From the NCBI GenBank assembly GCA_903884505.1, contig CAISET010000036.1, forward strand, positions 8,741-72,740: a stretch of DNA of 64,000 nt, given 5' to 3'. Position 1 is the stretch's first letter. Every line of letters begins with the position of its first letter. Under the pieces are notes generated by a model, which saw only the letters and a list, made by a program, of their open reading frames with translations, had not been told where the DNA came from and made no database searches. Shown here piece after piece: positions 63,020 through 64,000 of the stretch. The position numbers were made by a program, and so were the translations under genes. Source of the stretch: an uncultured Candidatus Micrarchaeota archaeon. Lineage in GTDB: Archaea; Micrarchaeota; Micrarchaeia; Burarchaeales; Fermentimicrarchaeaceae.

Positions 63020-63537
63020 AGGTGTCGCTCGAATATTACCTGCTCCTTCTGGTCGTTTCCGTGCTGCTCATAATAGCGCTCTCATGGGCAAGCGGCTTCG
63101 CGGCATCGCAGAAGGGCACTTATGCGAACGTCTCGGTTTTTGTTGAGAACGTCACAAACTCAACACTCGGCGGGCTTGGCGGAAGCGGCATTTCACCTCC
63201 GAGCGACTCAAACGCAACGCCTCAGCTTGCGCTTGAGATAGATTCATACGAGCCGTACTGGGCCGGCCAGCCCACGCTTTTCGTCACGCACATCTGGAAC
63301 CGTGGCGGAGGGATAGGCCATGTAAAACGTCTGTCAATTTCAGTGAGGGATGCCCAGGGCGGGAGCCTTCTTGTCGGGCCGTCGCTGCTTGAAAACATCT
63401 CAGTGCCATTCTCATATTCCGCCGCTTCGCAGTTTGCTCCCAATACTACCGGGATGCACACCATAAAGGCTGTCGCATTCACGGATGGCGGGCAGATTGA
63501 GATCTCGAAAGAAGTCCTTATTTTGGGTGGTGGCTGA
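62998..63537 (+). CDS. Pilin-like protein with a class III signal peptide
   Basis: TTG start gives MRRTQRA/QVSLEYYLLLLVVSVLLIIAL (Glu at +5). The ORF-track start at 62797 would give an implausibly long leader of about 75 aa. Confidence 0.55.
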   Translation: MRRTQRAQVSLEYYLLLLVVSVLLIIALSWASGFAASQKGTYANVSVFVENVTNSTLGGLGGSGISPPSDSNATPQLALEIDSYEPYWAGQPTLFVTHIWNRGGGIGHVKRLSISVRDAQGGSLLVGPSLLENISVPFSYSAASQFAPNTTGMHTIKAVAFTDGGQIEISKEVLILGGG

Positions 63538-63962
63538 TGCGAGCACAAGCCCTCATGCTTGATGCGCTGCTTGCGCTGTCCCTTGCCCTGCTCGTGGGCG
63601 AGGCGGTCTTCGTGCGCTCGTTCGGCTATACGGACACGTCCGCATCCTTAAAGGCAGACCGCGCGGGCTATGACCTGGTCAATTACATTTACATGGACGA
63701 TGCATTTTACAGGAACGTGACAAGTTCGCTTGAACATGATGGAAGAGTGACGAACTCGTCCCTTTTTCTCCTAAGACAGCGGCTGGCGTATTACGGGCGG
63801 ATTCTCGGTCTGGAAGCGCTGGACTTCGAAGTCGCAGGAATCCAGACGGAGCACATCCCCATAACCGATGGAGCCGCAGTCGCTTCGGAAAAGTATTGCT
63901 TTCCGCTTGTTGCAGGAAACGGGACGCGAGTCTTCACGGGCTGCTTGGTGACTTGGATATGA
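63537..63962 (+). CDS. Pilin-like protein (short basic N-terminus plus hydrophobic helix)
   Basis: MRA/QALMLDALLALSLALLVGEAV. ATGA overlap with the previous gene. Confidence 0.5.
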   Translation: MRAQALMLDALLALSLALLVGEAVFVRSFGYTDTSASLKADRAGYDLVNYIYMDDAFYRNVTSSLEHDGRVTNSSLFLLRQRLAYYGRILGLEALDFEVAGIQTEHIPITDGAAVASEKYCFPLVAGNGTRVFTGCLVTWI

Positions 63963-64000
63963 ATTCGAAAAAAGGCTTTGGCGGTTTTGTAATCGCCTCA
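63959..64000 (+). CDS. 5' end of a further pilin-like ORF (truncated by the window edge)
   Basis: MNSKKG/FGGFVIAS... ATGA overlap with the previous stop. Only 14 codons are visible. Confidence 0.3.
   Translation, partial: MNSKKGFGGFVIAS

Noticed and set aside
54960-64000. Calling the TA pair plus pilus locus an integrated mobile element at tRNA-Asn
   Set aside because: No integrase or recombinase gene is present. No repeat of the tRNA 3' end is visible in the window. The pilus genes have host-like high G+C.
1-64000. CRISPR arrays, rRNA genes, IS elements/transposases, inteins in mcm/top6
   Set aside because: I looked for regularly spaced direct repeats, rRNA-like conserved stretches, transposase-like ORFs and oversized insertions in MCM/Topo VI. 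None was found.

Overview
High-G+C archaeal chromosome segment. The assignment rests on archaeal-type MCM, Topo VI A/B, fibrillarin, aIF1A/aIF2-beta, Rio1, an aDim2-like KH protein, AglB, class III signal peptides, and TATA-like boxes about 25-35 nt upstream of many start codons, which suggests largely leaderless transcripts. Genes are tightly packed, with many ATGA/GTGA start-stop overlaps. No rRNA, CRISPR array, transposase or integrase was seen.

Layout:
- 0-15.6 kb: housekeeping genes. These include a PP-loop ATPase, two DsbA-like proteins, tRNA-Lys-flpA-DUF116, a KaiC-like ATPase, MetRS, MCM, a presenilin-like protease, aIF2-beta, aIF1A and Rio1. A small nucleotide-sugar block (ugd, uxs, a nucleotidyltransferase) is interleaved.
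- 15.7-50.8 kb: a very large surface-glycan island. It holds an APH-like kinase, Wzm/Wzt, at least 5 SAM-methyltransferase domains and about 11 GT-A/GT-B glycosyltransferases. It also holds five GT-C membrane glycosyltransferases plus AglB, rfbF/rfbG, wecB, a UbiA prenyltransferase and two radical-SAM enzymes.
- 50.8-54.9 kb: pcm, a KH protein, Topo VI B/A and tRNA-Asn.
- 55-64 kb: a toxin-antitoxin-like pair, then a type IV filament locus. Its assembly ATPase carries an N-terminal multi-cluster ferredoxin domain. It is followed by two TadB/TadC-like platform genes and at least 7 pilin-like genes.

Most notable observations:
- The Fe-S/ATPase fusion.
- A WbdD-like kinase / methyltransferase / coiled-coil arrangement next to Wzm/Wzt.
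- Repeated cassettes pairing a Dpm1-like GT2 with a GT-C enzyme, with recombination scars (truncated GT2 5' ends).
- A tandem GT-C fusion protein.
- A UbiA plus radical-SAM sub-operon.
- A tRNA 3' portion with no 5' partner at the window start.
- A nested palindrome covering a pilin start codon.

All functional calls come from reading motifs in the supplied translations; no database search was run.
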